A stretch of 64,000 bases of DNA from positions 181,358 through 245,357 of the forward strand of contig VRVR01000034.1 in assembly GCA_009859145.1 (NCBI GenBank), written 5' to 3'. The notes under the pieces are model-generated. The model was given only the letters and a program-made list of their open reading frames with translations, was not told the DNA's origin and ran no database searches. This document shows, in pieces, positions 1 through 11,331 of the stretch. Numbering within the stretch: position 1 is the stretch's first letter; each line of letters begins with the position of its first letter. Made by a program: the position numbers and the translations under genes. The DNA comes from Andalucia godoyi And28. Taxonomy: Eukaryota > Protista > Jakobida.

Positions 1-157
1 TGACCGTTTTCAAAATACTTCTGCAGACTGGATCTCCGCGGAAATCAGTGGCCACTTTTGTTGAACCCGCCTTCTCTTCGAAAGTGTTGAGCATCCGCGA
101 TCCTGAGGACGTCATCCGGATTCGAAACAGAAAACACAATCTGAAAAACGCTTTGGA

Positions 158-736
158 TCAAAGTTCTTTGCAAGATCCGGATTCAGAAGACGATTCGTGC
201 TCGTCAGAATAAGGATGCAAAATCATAATCACAATATGCAGATGTCTCCGGATTGACATTACCCTCTGCGCCGGGTGACGCCGGAACAACTCCCAGACAT
301 CTGCATCGTAAAGCTCGGGATCAATGAAGCGAGATAAGTATCCCAGCTCGGTAGGAGTTATCAGTGATCTGAAAAATTTTGCACACACACTGTGGCACAG
401 AGCTTCGGTGCTGGTCACTGGAGTGGAAGCATGGTAAACATCCGAGTCGTTATTTACAGTGCAAAAGCCTTTGCAATGCGCCGAATGGCTGTTAATATTA
501 CAAAATGAGTGTACCTGACAAATGTAAATGCAATAAGGAATTCCTTGTCGTTGCCGGTTTGGTGCGTCTTCGAAACAGCATTCGAGTGCGAGTGGTTTCG
601 GTGAAATACCGTGCACATCGCGGTTAAGTCGTAAATACATGCATCCACAGCAGCGAACGCTCTTAGCAGGTCTCATACAAAAAGCAGAAATGCGATGAAA
701 CACACATAAAACGACAGAATTCGAAAGAAAGAACAA
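158..736 (-). CDS. Possible hypothetical protein or decayed coding fragment
   Basis: 192-codon ORF with no recognised motif. It sits in a 2.3 kb stretch of fragmentary ORFs. Confidence 0.25.
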   Translation of the reverse strand: MFFLSNSVVLCVFHRISAFCMRPAKSVRCCGCMYLRLNRDVHGISPKPLALECCFEDAPNRQRQGIPYCIYICQVHSFCNINSHSAHCKGFCTVNNDSDVYHASTPVTSTEALCHSVCAKFFRSLITPTELGYLSRFIDPELYDADVWELFRRHPAQRVMSIRRHLHIVIMILHPYSDEHESSSESGSCKEL

Positions 737-2335
737 CGTTCATAGGACAACAAGTCCTCAACAACACCGATCCACCAGAAAATTCTGGTGTTCATCGCTA
801 CGTCCCACTAACGGCATGTTCAAAAAATCAAAAACCAGGGAAATCAGCGCGTGTTCGCTGTGGCCTTCTCATTTTGAATATGCGGAACGACTGAGCAGTT
901 GGCACATTAAGAGAAAACATCTAATGGTGAGGCATCACTCTTTTTGGCAGTGAGGCCAGTGGAATCAGTGTCCGAAAATCTCAGCTTCGACTGCTTTTGT
1001 AGCTGTTACGAAAATCTGATGTAACAACTGACCTTCGTATTTGTTGCATTCAGATGGAAGGACGAGATCAAGAAAACAGTATTCAGTTAAGAATTAAGAT
1101 CTGAAAATGGGGGAATCGTCATAAGGATAAATCAACTTTGTGATACATGCGCCAGATGTCAGAAGAAGATGAGCAAAGGAGGACGTTGCAGAAAGACTTT
1201 ATCGTTGCCGCTATCTGGCAGTGGCTCGTTTGTGGCGATTAAGTGAATGAACATCCCGGAAACGTTATTCTTCTGTTCTCGGTATGAGGAAGCCTTCATG
1301 CCGCCCTAAACCTTTCGGAATGACGTCAGAGCACCATTTCTAAATGCCTCAAATATGAGCAGCTCTAATTTTTGATATGCTTTGAAGACTATTGCATCCT
1401 TCAAAAAACTCGAACCAACATTTTCGGTTGTCCACTCCCACTAATCAGTGGTCAGGCACACCCCTAAGGCCAGCTTCGCGTATTGCGACTGTCAGCGTTG
1501 TGACGGTGATTGAAGAACGCCCACCGAATCCTGTCAGCGCCTGTTCCTTTTTTTGCTTCAACTAAAAGCTGGCTCTCCGAGTTATGCGCTTATCTGTGCG
1601 ATGTGTCCCTTCCATATTTCTTATCTCTTTGGTTAGTACATCTCAAACGAGGCAGCTATCCAACCATTCCAGATACCGTATGCGAACGGAAATTGCAAAG
1701 CCTTCTCCTTCCCTTTGTGCATCGTTTCATGTTGTTTGTCTGCTGGAAAGTTTTCTTCCTGTCGCTTCCATTCCAGAAGGAAGTCGAAACTGGAAATTAT
1801 TTGCGTTTCTCTACTTTATATCCTGTTGACTGGCACTTGCCAATCAGTTTGGATGGCACACTGTTGATGCAACGGCTTCTGTGAAAACCACAGTGGTGTC
1901 CATCCTGCAGAAACGCATGCCGCCGACAAATCGCATGTTGCATTCTTCGGCCATTCACATTCGAATATCGTGACAGTATTTTTCTTCTGACAGGGAGCTT
2001 GTGCTGACGGGTGCTGTGCGTCTTGTGACTTTGTTCCAGTTCAGATTCGAAGTGCTACCAGTGTGCCTTTCGGGAACGATTTTGGCGCCGATTGGTCCAG
2101 TTCTTGAAGTTTAAATGCTCGATGCGGTTGATTTGGATGTGTGGTGGTGACTGTCGCGTGATTTCTGTGGCCGCAGAACCGGCAGTTCTCGCCTGCCTCT
2201 GAAATCGTCTGTTTCACTTGCTGCTCGGTGGTTTCTTCTGTGGATAAAGATTTTTATGAACACCCCCAAACATGCGAGAAAAGAATGGAAGCTCAAAGAC
2301 AATAACCGGGTTCATTGACCCGCAAATCCTTGAAC

Positions 2336-5300
2336 TTAGTCGGCGGACCCTACAAAGGATGCAACACGGACATTACGTCCCTTTGGATTCCGCTCTGACG
2401 AATTTCCCCCGACTCCTCCGAACGAGCGCGGAGCCTTAACCGAAGGAAACATAGTGTCTAAGCGGGTGGCAAGGGTCCCGCCTAATCTTTTTCGTTTGTC
2501 TTCTCTGTTTCGCAGCAAGAGCTCCACCCTCTTATTGCCATCTCGCATCCAACTCTGCGACTCGTACTCCCTTTGGTGACGGTCAACGATTTCGAGTGGC
2601 TTTTGTGGAGCCGGGATCAGGTCGACTCGCCGACTTTCTGGTACTAAAAATCTGGACGAGTTCGACTTTCCGTCTTCTCCAGGTTCTGAAGGAAGTCCGC
2701 CAAGTTTCCTTTGCACAAAATTCGCTGCCTGCAGCTGTTGCTGCACAAGGAAGTCTGCTAGCACCGACGGACCAACTTGATTGCTTTCCAACGCCCTGCG
2801 GCCATTGGACAGCACGTCCAAGTCCGGGACCGTGATGTCAAAGAACCCAGCGGCGGATCTTGAACGGCTGACATCAGTATCCTTTGCTTGTGATCCAAAC
2901 GAAGACGTAGGTCGTCGATCCAGTAGATCAAAAATCTGTTTCGCAGATTTCAACTCTTCCGCTTTCAACCGTGCGTGCCGAGACAAATACACATTTTCAC
3001 GATGATCCGCGAAGTCCGCAAGCGATCCATCCATGGAGTCTGACGGATTATGAAAATTATCCTTTGGAAATGTTGAAAAATCGAATGTACCGTGCCCTTC
3101 CTGGGTGCTTGGACTGAGCACAGATCGGTCTCCCTGCTGTGGCAGCATCGCGGAAACCTTCTGCGTCAGCGGAATAGCATCGAATACCCGTTGGTTTCTT
3201 TCGACTTGGGTTAGGATAGATTCAATATCGAAACGAGGTCTTTTCCACACTCGGCTGGTGCCATCCAGAGAGGTCGAAACATAGGAATTCAGAGAAGAGG
3301 CAAGATCCAACGACGTGACAGCGTCCGAATGTCCGGCAAACACTGCCACCACACCATAATGAAACTCATTCTGTTTTCTGTAAAGGAAACCGACTCGCAT
3401 TGTTCCATCGCTGCACCCGACTGCAATGTACACGCATGCGACATCAGGGTCTGACCCCCCCAGGCTCTCGTCCACAACAATTGCAGTGCATGGACTAAAG
3501 GGAGTTCCAAAAATAGAGATGCACGGGATACAATCAAGATACGTAGAGGTATGACAATCCCAAATGTGAACATTAGCGTCGTCGGCCACGGCTATCCAAA
3601 CCTTGAACACCGAAGAGTATGAAAAACAAGAGAAACCCATTTGCAGCATTGTCGAGGCAGAAGACAAGCTTACAGGAAGCGGAAGCGCACATTCCAATGT
3701 AAAGGAATTCACATCCCATATCGTGACCACGCACGGGGAACACAGGACTGCCAGCTTCCCGACATGATTGCACGAATATACGAGCTTTCTGAGTTTCAGC
3801 GCTTCTCCAACTCCTGACACTCTCGATGGATGGATGATGCTCTTTATGAGTTGCAGGACCTTGAGATTGAAAAACCGAATGGTTCTATCCTGTGCAACTG
3901 TAACTATCAGTGGTCCATTTGTCGGGCTTTCGACGTGGCAAAAATCCACGACAAAATCTTCATTTCCATCGACAACTCTGAAGCCCAATTTCTGAGAATC
4001 ATCAAGGACACGATCCGACGCTCGGTGTGTGTATGTCGAACTGGCTGTGGCGGTTTCCAAGCGATCGCATGGCCAAAGCCTCACCACAGTTTCTCGCTCT
4101 TCTAACGTGAAGAGAGCATCTTCAAATTTTGGCACTGTTGAATTGGCTGGGGAGTTCATCACAGAAAGCCTCTTGGAATGCGGAGAAAACAAAGAACTGG
4201 GAACCCGCAAAAGCAGAATTCGAACAGGAACTCGTCGGAGCCGAATAACAGATTCCATCTTTCCAACGATCGAAGACTCGATTCCTGTGCTGCGCACAGC
4301 AAATCGGTAAAGATTTCCATTGCTTGCTCCTGTGTAGAAAATGCTCCTTCGATCCTCATACTTTCCTACGACTTGTGGTTTCCGAACGCAACAGCATGAT
4401 CCAGCAGACTGCACAGGGATCCTGTCATTCGACAGGCAAGTAACATTTTCCAACCACTGCTGGTGATTTTCGCTGGACAGGTCTTCGTCATCTTTCGGTG
4501 AGCGGGAAGGAAAATAGGAATGGGACGACGTCGACGGAACACGAAACAGGAAGGCTGCAGAATGGGGATTAAAACGATAAACGTACAGCCTGCCTAACGT
4601 GGAGACAGCAACAATTTCGGATGCAGACAGTTCGGTCATATACAGGATTCCGTCCGGAGAATTCGGCGACACCGATCTCGAAGCAGCTTTGGACGACGGT
4701 CTTCCTTGGCCTTCCGAAGCGTTTTGCACACCCAGAAATTCTGGTGGGAAGAAGTGATTCGGCATCTGATGGGTGACGAATTCTCCAGAAGCATAGTCCA
4801 AAACCAGCGGAAATGGAGAAACCCCATTCGCAAACCATACTTGTCGAGCAGCGGGAACTACTACCATGGAAGTGATCCACCAAGAGGTGGACTGCACACG
4901 CTGATTCGCTGGAGATACAGGCGACTTCGAACTGGGTCCAGAAGAAATCAATCCAACAGATGCCGCAAGAGATGGAGAGCTGGAAAAGAAAGACAGAGAA
5001 AGAAGAAAATCCTGATAGGTGATTTGGCCTCTTTCCGTTCCCTCTGCAGTCCAAAACTTCACGTCTCCAGCGAAAGATGCTGTCATGAGTGCGTCGTCCA
5101 TTGTATGCAAGCGGGACATAGATGAGAAGGCTGCAGAATGAGCAGTTATACTCTGTTGATCTTGAATCTTGGTCTTGGGAGGGACACTTCCATCGACATC
5201 GATTGAAGAAAGCAGCAGAGTTGATCGGTGATCCGCATGTCCGTGTCGCGGAGCGACTTCTGGATTCTCAGCGTCGAAGACCCCTAAGCTCTTATCGAAG

Positions 5301-5980
5301 GAGCCGCTGAAAATTCTATCCCCAAACTGGCAAACAGAAGTGACGGTGTCTCTATGTACATGGTCTGCAACATATACAACTCTCACACTGAAATTTGCCA
5401 GAGAGTTTGCTCCACTGTTCCCATGCCCACCGTTTCGATCCGACCGAACAAACATAAATGTCGACAAATCTGTCTGCTTGGTATGCCCCGTTACAAGCGC
5501 AAAATCATGGATCTGATTCATCTTCATTGAAAGGAAAAAGACACGATGATGAGACCCGACAACAAGAAAATCGCTGTCACTCTTTCGCTGAGTAGCGTTC
5601 AAAGCGGAGGAAAACGACATGCACGTGCAAGACGATCCAAGATCCAGCATGTGCAGAATGTCTCCTTTATAATTCCATAGCAGCACTCGACCATCCAAAG
5701 CACATGACGCCAAGCATGAGTAAGGCGGCGGAAGATGAACGAGGGCAGTGACAGTTCCAGAATGCCCTACAAAATGCTTGGTCACATGTGCCTTGACCTG
5801 CGCACCGCTTCCGTTTCGCACCCGGGGAGCGCTATTTGCATGATCGGACAAGTTCCAAAGCTTTATCAGCGCGTTCTTATGTCCAGTGAATATATCTCGT
5901 CGAACAGGGTCCACGGCAATCGACGAAACTGGAGAGCGATGCTTCTCGTCCACGTCTCGCAAAATCTGCTCAATTTCCAT
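2336..5980 (-). CDS. Large WD40-repeat protein (1214 aa)
   Basis: Long ATG-initiated ORF with repeated GH...WD/WN units, e.g. FVGHSGTVTAL...ALDGRVLLWN and FAGHSDAVTSLD...SLDGTSRVWK. Confidence 0.85.
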   Translation of the reverse strand: MEIEQILRDVDEKHRSPVSSIAVDPVRRDIFTGHKNALIKLWNLSDHANSAPRVRNGSGAQVKAHVTKHFVGHSGTVTALVHLPPPYSCLASCALDGRVLLWNYKGDILHMLDLGSSCTCMSFSSALNATQRKSDSDFLVVGSHHRVFFLSMKMNQIHDFALVTGHTKQTDLSTFMFVRSDRNGGHGNSGANSLANFSVRVVYVADHVHRDTVTSVCQFGDRIFSGSFDKSLGVFDAENPEVAPRHGHADHRSTLLLSSIDVDGSVPPKTKIQDQQSITAHSAAFSSMSRLHTMDDALMTASFAGDVKFWTAEGTERGQITYQDFLLSLSFFSSSPSLAASVGLISSGPSSKSPVSPANQRVQSTSWWITSMVVVPAARQVWFANGVSPFPLVLDYASGEFVTHQMPNHFFPPEFLGVQNASEGQGRPSSKAASRSVSPNSPDGILYMTELSASEIVAVSTLGRLYVYRFNPHSAAFLFRVPSTSSHSYFPSRSPKDDEDLSSENHQQWLENVTCLSNDRIPVQSAGSCCCVRKPQVVGKYEDRRSIFYTGASNGNLYRFAVRSTGIESSIVGKMESVIRLRRVPVRILLLRVPSSLFSPHSKRLSVMNSPANSTVPKFEDALFTLEERETVVRLWPCDRLETATASSTYTHRASDRVLDDSQKLGFRVVDGNEDFVVDFCHVESPTNGPLIVTVAQDRTIRFFNLKVLQLIKSIIHPSRVSGVGEALKLRKLVYSCNHVGKLAVLCSPCVVTIWDVNSFTLECALPLPVSLSSASTMLQMGFSCFSYSSVFKVWIAVADDANVHIWDCHTSTYLDCIPCISIFGTPFSPCTAIVVDESLGGSDPDVACVYIAVGCSDGTMRVGFLYRKQNEFHYGVVAVFAGHSDAVTSLDLASSLNSYVSTSLDGTSRVWKRPRFDIESILTQVERNQRVFDAIPLTQKVSAMLPQQGDRSVLSPSTQEGHGTFDFSTFPKDNFHNPSDSMDGSLADFADHRENVYLSRHARLKAEELKSAKQIFDLLDRRPTSSFGSQAKDTDVSRSRSAAGFFDITVPDLDVLSNGRRALESNQVGPSVLADFLVQQQLQAANFVQRKLGGLPSEPGEDGKSNSSRFLVPESRRVDLIPAPQKPLEIVDRHQREYESQSWMRDGNKRVELLLRNREDKRKRLGGTLATRLDTMFPSVKAPRSFGGVGGNSSERNPKGRNVRVASFVGSAD

Positions 5981-6568
5981 TTTTGCTGTGAGAATGCAAA
6001 GCCCAGTTTGCCTACGTTATTGACGCCAATCTGTTCTATGGGCAATCCGGAAAAAAATGCAAAAATGCAAAGAGGAAGTGTCCGAACAACTTCGAGGATG
6101 TCGTGGGATGTTTTTCTGCGTTGGGGGCATTTGACAGTTCGTTTTAACCGGTTTCTTTTTCTTTTCCTCCTTTCAGCCTGTTGCCTATTTCCCCCACCGT
6201 TTTTTTTTTGGTGATGCCTGTTGTTCATGATTGCACAGACGATGCTACAGGATGCACAAGCAAACGATGCAGATGTGCAAGCTGTTTGTTTTCTCTCTTT
6301 CTCGTGGGTCGACGACTGTCAATCACTTTGAAACGGTGGGGCTTGTCTTTTCAACGTTGATTTGAGGTTCCACATCCATTGTCGATTTTGATGCAATTTT
6401 GAACTGACAACAGCGCTTTCTTTTTTTTAAATGTTTTTTCGCCGTGAATTTTCCAGCGGTAACCAGAGAAAATCAATAAACAAAAAAAAAACCAATAACA
6501 ACAGACGAAGTAATTGCAATTTCACTTCTGCGACACTCCTCTTCTCTGTCCCCTCGAGAATCACAACC

Positions 6569-6929
6569 ATGGGCGCTCTGTTTTCTTGTTGCGCTGGACA
6601 TCAGAAGAAGAGAAAACCGAAGGAAATTCTCGCAACGTTGCCGTATGTTTTCTTCTTCTTCCTCATCATCATCGTTCATTTATTCATTCACCATCTTCCG
6701 TCTCCTCTGTTTCCCATTGTCTGAGTGCTCACGATGTTTACCTGCGTTTTCTAATTGCTTCTGCAGAGATGATGAATTTTGGAGCCATCCCGATGGATCG
6801 GAAGTTGTATCTCTCCGTGAGTTTGAGGTGTGGTACGCTTCCGAACGTGACGACACTCCCGTCAAACGTCCCATCGACGCATCTGCAGGCGATGGCCATG
6901 CATCCCGTCTTGTAGACTCCAGCAGATAG
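6569..6929 (+). CDS. Two-exon 78 aa small protein with predicted N-myristoylation/palmitoylation; exons 6569-6642 and 6767-6929
   Basis: MGALFSCCAGHQKKRKPKEILATL joins in frame to (P)DDEFWSHPDG... across a GTATGT...CTAAT...CTGCAG intron. Confidence 0.75.
6643..6766 (+). other. Spliceosomal intron (124 nt, phase 2)
   Basis: GTATGT donor, pyrimidine-rich body, TTCTAAT branch-like site and CTGCAG acceptor. Splicing restores the reading frame. Confidence 0.75.
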
Positions 6930-7230
6930 CGTCGAATGCACAGAATTTCGTCGTTCTTCCTTGTCCGTCAACGCAAGCGTTGATAATTTTCTTTTGTTTT
7001 CGTTTGTTTGCGGTCCATGCAACAAAGAAAAAAAAACGTTGCTCGGCAATCATGCGTGATTACCGCGTAAGCAACGAGGCTCAGAGACCCGAAAACTCAC
7101 AGGTAGCAGCAGTGCTTGAGCACGTAGCGAGCATAGCGTTACAAACTTTACAAATAAACTGAAAATATACACGATTCCAGAACAAGCAAGCATCTGCGTG
7201 CAGGAACGTGACTGCTCACCCAAACGGATG

Positions 7231-8250
7231 CTAGTTGCCTTCCACGAATTTGTGAGAGTACCACACGGCCTCTCCCCGGTGGGTTCGACGGTGAAGGCGG
7301 AAAGTACTGGGCTTGTCGCCAAGCGCAGCAGGTTTGTTTGCCCCTGCACCCAGATTGGCAGAGATAACAGCCTGGTCGCTAAGAGTGCCAATGAGGTACT
7401 TATCAACGTCGGCGCTTGTCATTGCAGAGTTCGGGACATCGGTTCTCATGTAAATTGCGGCGAGTTTTCGGAACTCCTCCACAACAACCTCGTTCGCCAT
7501 GTAGTAATGGAATCGACTGACCATAGAAATGGGTATCACGCAACATAGAGTCTTACCAGGCATGATCATGAACTCGATGACCTGGCCTGTGAGCATCTGT
7601 ACATCCATTCGGACTGGAAACGTCATGATGTTTGTCCACGACAGCTTCATCACAAACTGGTAGTCCTTTTCAGTGAGGGCCGCCATAACTTCCGACAAGG
7701 ACTCCATAGCGACGACCGTATTCTTCGGGTCTGCTACATGGATCCCATACGGAATATCCATGGATCCGTTGCGGTAGGTGCTGTAGACGGGAGAGGGGGC
7801 CTCAATGGGCTCCATGAATGTGGAGCCCGCAGCCGGTGAGCTCACAGAGACTCGAAGATTAGCGTAGACAGCGGTCTTCGTTGCGGTGTGCGTCACACTT
7901 TCCTCGCTGCCGAACGATGTGTCAGACGACGACTCGGATTCCGAAGTCTGCGGAGTATCTGGACCGCAGCGCTGGCGGGCATCTGAAGGGAAAAACTTGG
8001 ACGGCGGACTCGGCTGCTTTTCTGACGGTGCGTAAGTCCCCGTGCCCGTGCCCGTGCCCGTGCCTGCGCATGTCGCTCCGGAATAATTGGAAGAAATTTT
8101 TGGTGGGACAGAATGTTCAACGATGACGGAGGTATCTTTTCTTTGGTCAGAAGAGGAGGACGTCGATTGGCCCATGGGTGCTACTGCTTTCTCACCAAAA
8201 GGGTTCGGTGACATCGAAATTGAGTGCTGAGAAGTTGGCAAGTTGGACAT
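7231..8250 (-). CDS. Hypothetical protein (339 aa) with a Ser/Thr-rich N-half and globular-looking C-half
   Basis: ATG-initiated long ORF with natural low-complexity tracts (GTGTGTGT). No family recognised. Confidence 0.7.
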   Translation of the reverse strand: MSNLPTSQHSISMSPNPFGEKAVAPMGQSTSSSSDQRKDTSVIVEHSVPPKISSNYSGATCAGTGTGTGTGTYAPSEKQPSPPSKFFPSDARQRCGPDTPQTSESESSSDTSFGSEESVTHTATKTAVYANLRVSVSSPAAGSTFMEPIEAPSPVYSTYRNGSMDIPYGIHVADPKNTVVAMESLSEVMAALTEKDYQFVMKLSWTNIMTFPVRMDVQMLTGQVIEFMIMPGKTLCCVIPISMVSRFHYYMANEVVVEEFRKLAAIYMRTDVPNSAMTSADVDKYLIGTLSDQAVISANLGAGANKPAALGDKPSTFRLHRRTHRGEAVWYSHKFVEGN

Positions 8251-9215
8251 CGCTTAAAAATCGATTCGGGAACAGTATGGCTTTTTTTGAAGATCAACGC
8301 GCTCAAAAATTTGATCCGAGTGAATACTGGCAATTGCTGGTCAATTAGAGACGCGAGCTGGCACCATCGCCAGTTGGCTTCGGGTCGCGACGTGTGGTGC
8401 CTTGTCACCACCGAAACAGGAAGGGTCGCAAGAGCAGGATCGGAGAGCACATGATGCCGTTCGACAGGCTTACGGCCCTCGTGCTTCGACGCTGACTGAG
8501 TCCAAATTCGTCTGAGCGATGTTCAATGCGACCAATAGCGAGCAGCTGGATGGCTCGGGCCTTTTTATGTGTGAGCACTTGTCTGATCTGCTGGGAACCC
8601 TTTGCGATCTTCAATTTCTCTTTTTCGAATGCCGTTGTTCCACTTGACTGCGATCCATCCGAAACTGGGGAAATTGCAGATCCGCTCGCGGTGCAGTGAC
8701 CCAGCGGTAGATGCACAAGCAGAGGACGCATCCTCCTTCCCAAAAAGCGGAATGCATCAAACATCCGAGTTGAACGACATTCGCACACCAGTCTTGCTCT
8801 GATGCAGCTGCAAAACCGCCCAATTTTGTTTGTTTCTCAAGCAGCAAGTTCCCATCACTGCACGCTACCTCAGCAAAGTCAGCAGTAGCACCTCCTTGCC
8901 TCCCCCCGAAAGTTTCCGGCGAAGAAGCTTCTGCGGTCTGCCAACATGTCGTCGTTCTCCGTTTCAGTTCTGTAGTTCTGTTGGACAGTCGACCTTGGTG
9001 CCTTGGACCTTTGCCGACTTCAGTTAGCTGAGAACGATATCGCTGCACAGCTTCTCAGAACCTTTCTCCGGATGCAGAGCATCCTGGAATGCAGCCTGGC
9101 AAATGGAGGCCGGCGTTCGGATGCGTACCCGAAAACGCCCGCGCACACACAGACACGTACATACATGCAAAAATTGCAAACAATCCCAAAACCCTGCGAC
9201 TTTACGATGATTCTT

Positions 9216-10637
9216 TCAGCTCTTGCGGACCTGAGTGACTTTCTTTTCCTTTCCAGAACTGTGAGTATGGCTGTGATGGTGATGGTGGTGACGGCCATGG
9301 CTGCTACTGCTTCCCGGAGCACAACCATCCTCATCTTCATCTTCATCCTCATCTTCGTTTTCGTTTTCGTTTTCGTCTTCGGCTTCGTCATCATCATCAT
9401 CTTCTTCGTCCCAACTGTCAAACGGATCCTCAAAGTCCATCCATTCATCCTCACCAGCCGCCATTTCATCGTCCGTCAACAGACATGAATCCAGTACTGC
9501 TTGAAGTCGATTCTTGTCAAACCCCATACCAATGAAAACAAGCTCCTGTCGGCGGTCGCCAAACTCGCCGTCAAAGTCCGCTTTGACTTGTGCGATGATT
9601 TCTGGGTCGTTGTCCTCCCATTCGTCTTCTGGAACTGCAGCAAACCATTCACCGCCATATTCAAACCGATAGACTTCTCCTGCTTGCGACCACTCTCCGT
9701 AACAATCATTGCGAGTCGCCAACCAGAAGAATCCTTTGGATCTGATGACCCGTCGATCCATTTCGTCATTTTCGATTGCATCCCAGAGTCGTTGCGGGTG
9801 AAATGGGCGACGACGACGATACACAAACGAAGAAATGCCATACTCATCGCTCTCTGGTTTGTGAGAGCCTCGAATTTCCCGCAGCCATCCTGGATTGAGA
9901 GAAGCCTTGTCAAAATCAAACAAATTTGTGTTCAGAATTTCCTTTGGATCCACTTGCGAAAAAGTGGTGCAGATAACTTTGGCATCTGGATTCAATCGGT
10001 GGATCATGCCCTCCAACATGGTGACTTCCTCCGCGGTTGCGAGGTCGATTTTGTTGACAACGACAACATTTGCAAATTCGATTTGATCAATAAGCAAATC
10101 TACAACATTGCGTTCATCTTCCGGCTTGACGTTTTCCTCTCCGAAGCGTTCTGATAACTTCTGGTCGGATGCCAGATTCTTCGGAAAGTTGGCAGCATCC
10201 ACAACAGTAACCATCGTGTCGAGTCTCGCAAACGAGTTCAATACTTGAGCTTCCGAGTCAGACGCCCCCAGTTCCGTAAACGTAAATGTTTCTGCTACAG
10301 GAAGTGGCTCTGCGATTCCAGTAGACTCAATCACCAAGTAATCGAACCGATTTTCCTTGGCCAATTTCTTCACTTCGACAAGCAGATCTTCGCGCAACGT
10401 GCAGCAAATGCAGCCGTTTTGAAGTTCAATGAGCTTTTCTTCCACGCGATTCAACGCAGCACCGCTATTACGAACAAGCTGCGCATCAATGTTTACCTCA
10501 GCCATGTCATTCACAATCAACGCAATTCGCAGACCACCGCGATTCCGCAACAGATTCTCGAGCATACTCGACTTTCCAGCACCGAGAAAGCCGGACAAGA
10601 CCGTAACAGGCAGTCGTTTATCTCGAGATGAAGACAT
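9216..10637 (-). CDS. COG0523/CobW-family G3E GTPase, putative zinc metallochaperone
   Basis: Walker A GFLGAGKS, GCICC metal motif, ESTG, NKID, a CobW_C-type region (RSKGFFWLA, DRRQELVFIG) and an acidic plus His-rich tail. Confidence 0.93.
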   Translation of the reverse strand: MSSSRDKRLPVTVLSGFLGAGKSSMLENLLRNRGGLRIALIVNDMAEVNIDAQLVRNSGAALNRVEEKLIELQNGCICCTLREDLLVEVKKLAKENRFDYLVIESTGIAEPLPVAETFTFTELGASDSEAQVLNSFARLDTMVTVVDAANFPKNLASDQKLSERFGEENVKPEDERNVVDLLIDQIEFANVVVVNKIDLATAEEVTMLEGMIHRLNPDAKVICTTFSQVDPKEILNTNLFDFDKASLNPGWLREIRGSHKPESDEYGISSFVYRRRRPFHPQRLWDAIENDEMDRRVIRSKGFFWLATRNDCYGEWSQAGEVYRFEYGGEWFAAVPEDEWEDNDPEIIAQVKADFDGEFGDRRQELVFIGMGFDKNRLQAVLDSCLLTDDEMAAGEDEWMDFEDPFDSWDEEDDDDDEAEDENENENEDEDEDEDEDGCAPGSSSSHGRHHHHHHSHTHSSGKEKKVTQVRKS

Positions 10638-11013
10638 TCCTTGTCAAATCTTCTTTTTCGCAAATGGAATCGCAATGAGGTCGAAACACAAAATATAAAA
10701 ATGAAAACCAGTAAGATTGCTGTTTCTTTTTCGTTTACCTGGTTGTTGGGAGAAGGAGAGGGGGGGGGGGGAGGGAGAGGAAAGAAGAGCGAAAGCGTCC
10801 AAGCGCATCCAAGGAGCGGCGGAAAAACAACGTTTCGTCTCCGAGGCCTTGGGTCGACGCGCGTCGATTTCACATGCACATGCTCGTCTTCCGTCTGGTG
10901 TTCTGAGCTCTGAATTTTTGCGAGATGCGAGGATTGTGAAATGAGAAAGCACTGGTGATTTGCGGCTTGTCGTCGTTATTCATCGTCGTTCTCGAAATTG
11001 CGGTACTGACTAA

Positions 11014-11331
11014 ATGGAGTCCGATCATAACATTTCCGCGAAAATCAGACGGCAATACTTTATGCACTTCAGCTTGGACGATCCTTTGCGAGGACTGCCT
11101 GTTCAGTTTGAAGACCTTCCTGTCGTTCCCGATTCTGAAGCGGGCGTTCCTGCGTTAAAGGACCTGGAAGGATTGGAGGAACCTATTACATTGGCCGAGC
11201 AGAGGTTACCGGGCCTTAGTCCTCCGACTCTTGAAGAGTTTCGGGACTTGAAATTGGAAAGCGAAGCCACGGATGTTGACGATGATGAGTTGCTGAATGT
11301 TGGAAGCGCGGAGTTGGAGGACAGTTCATAG
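11014..11331 (+). CDS. Small acidic protein (105 aa), weak resemblance to APC13
   Basis: ATG ORF with acidic composition. LDD..R...FEDLP.VP and EEFRDLKL segments resemble APC13 motifs by eye only. Confidence 0.5.
   Translation: MESDHNISAKIRRQYFMHFSLDDPLRGLPVQFEDLPVVPDSEAGVPALKDLEGLEEPITLAEQRLPGLSPPTLEEFRDLKLESEATDVDDDELLNVGSAELEDSS

Noticed and set aside
8251-9215. Several 60-145 aa ORFs between the 339 aa gene and the CobW gene
   Set aside because: No motif, no consistent frame and no convincing splice sites. Left unexplained.
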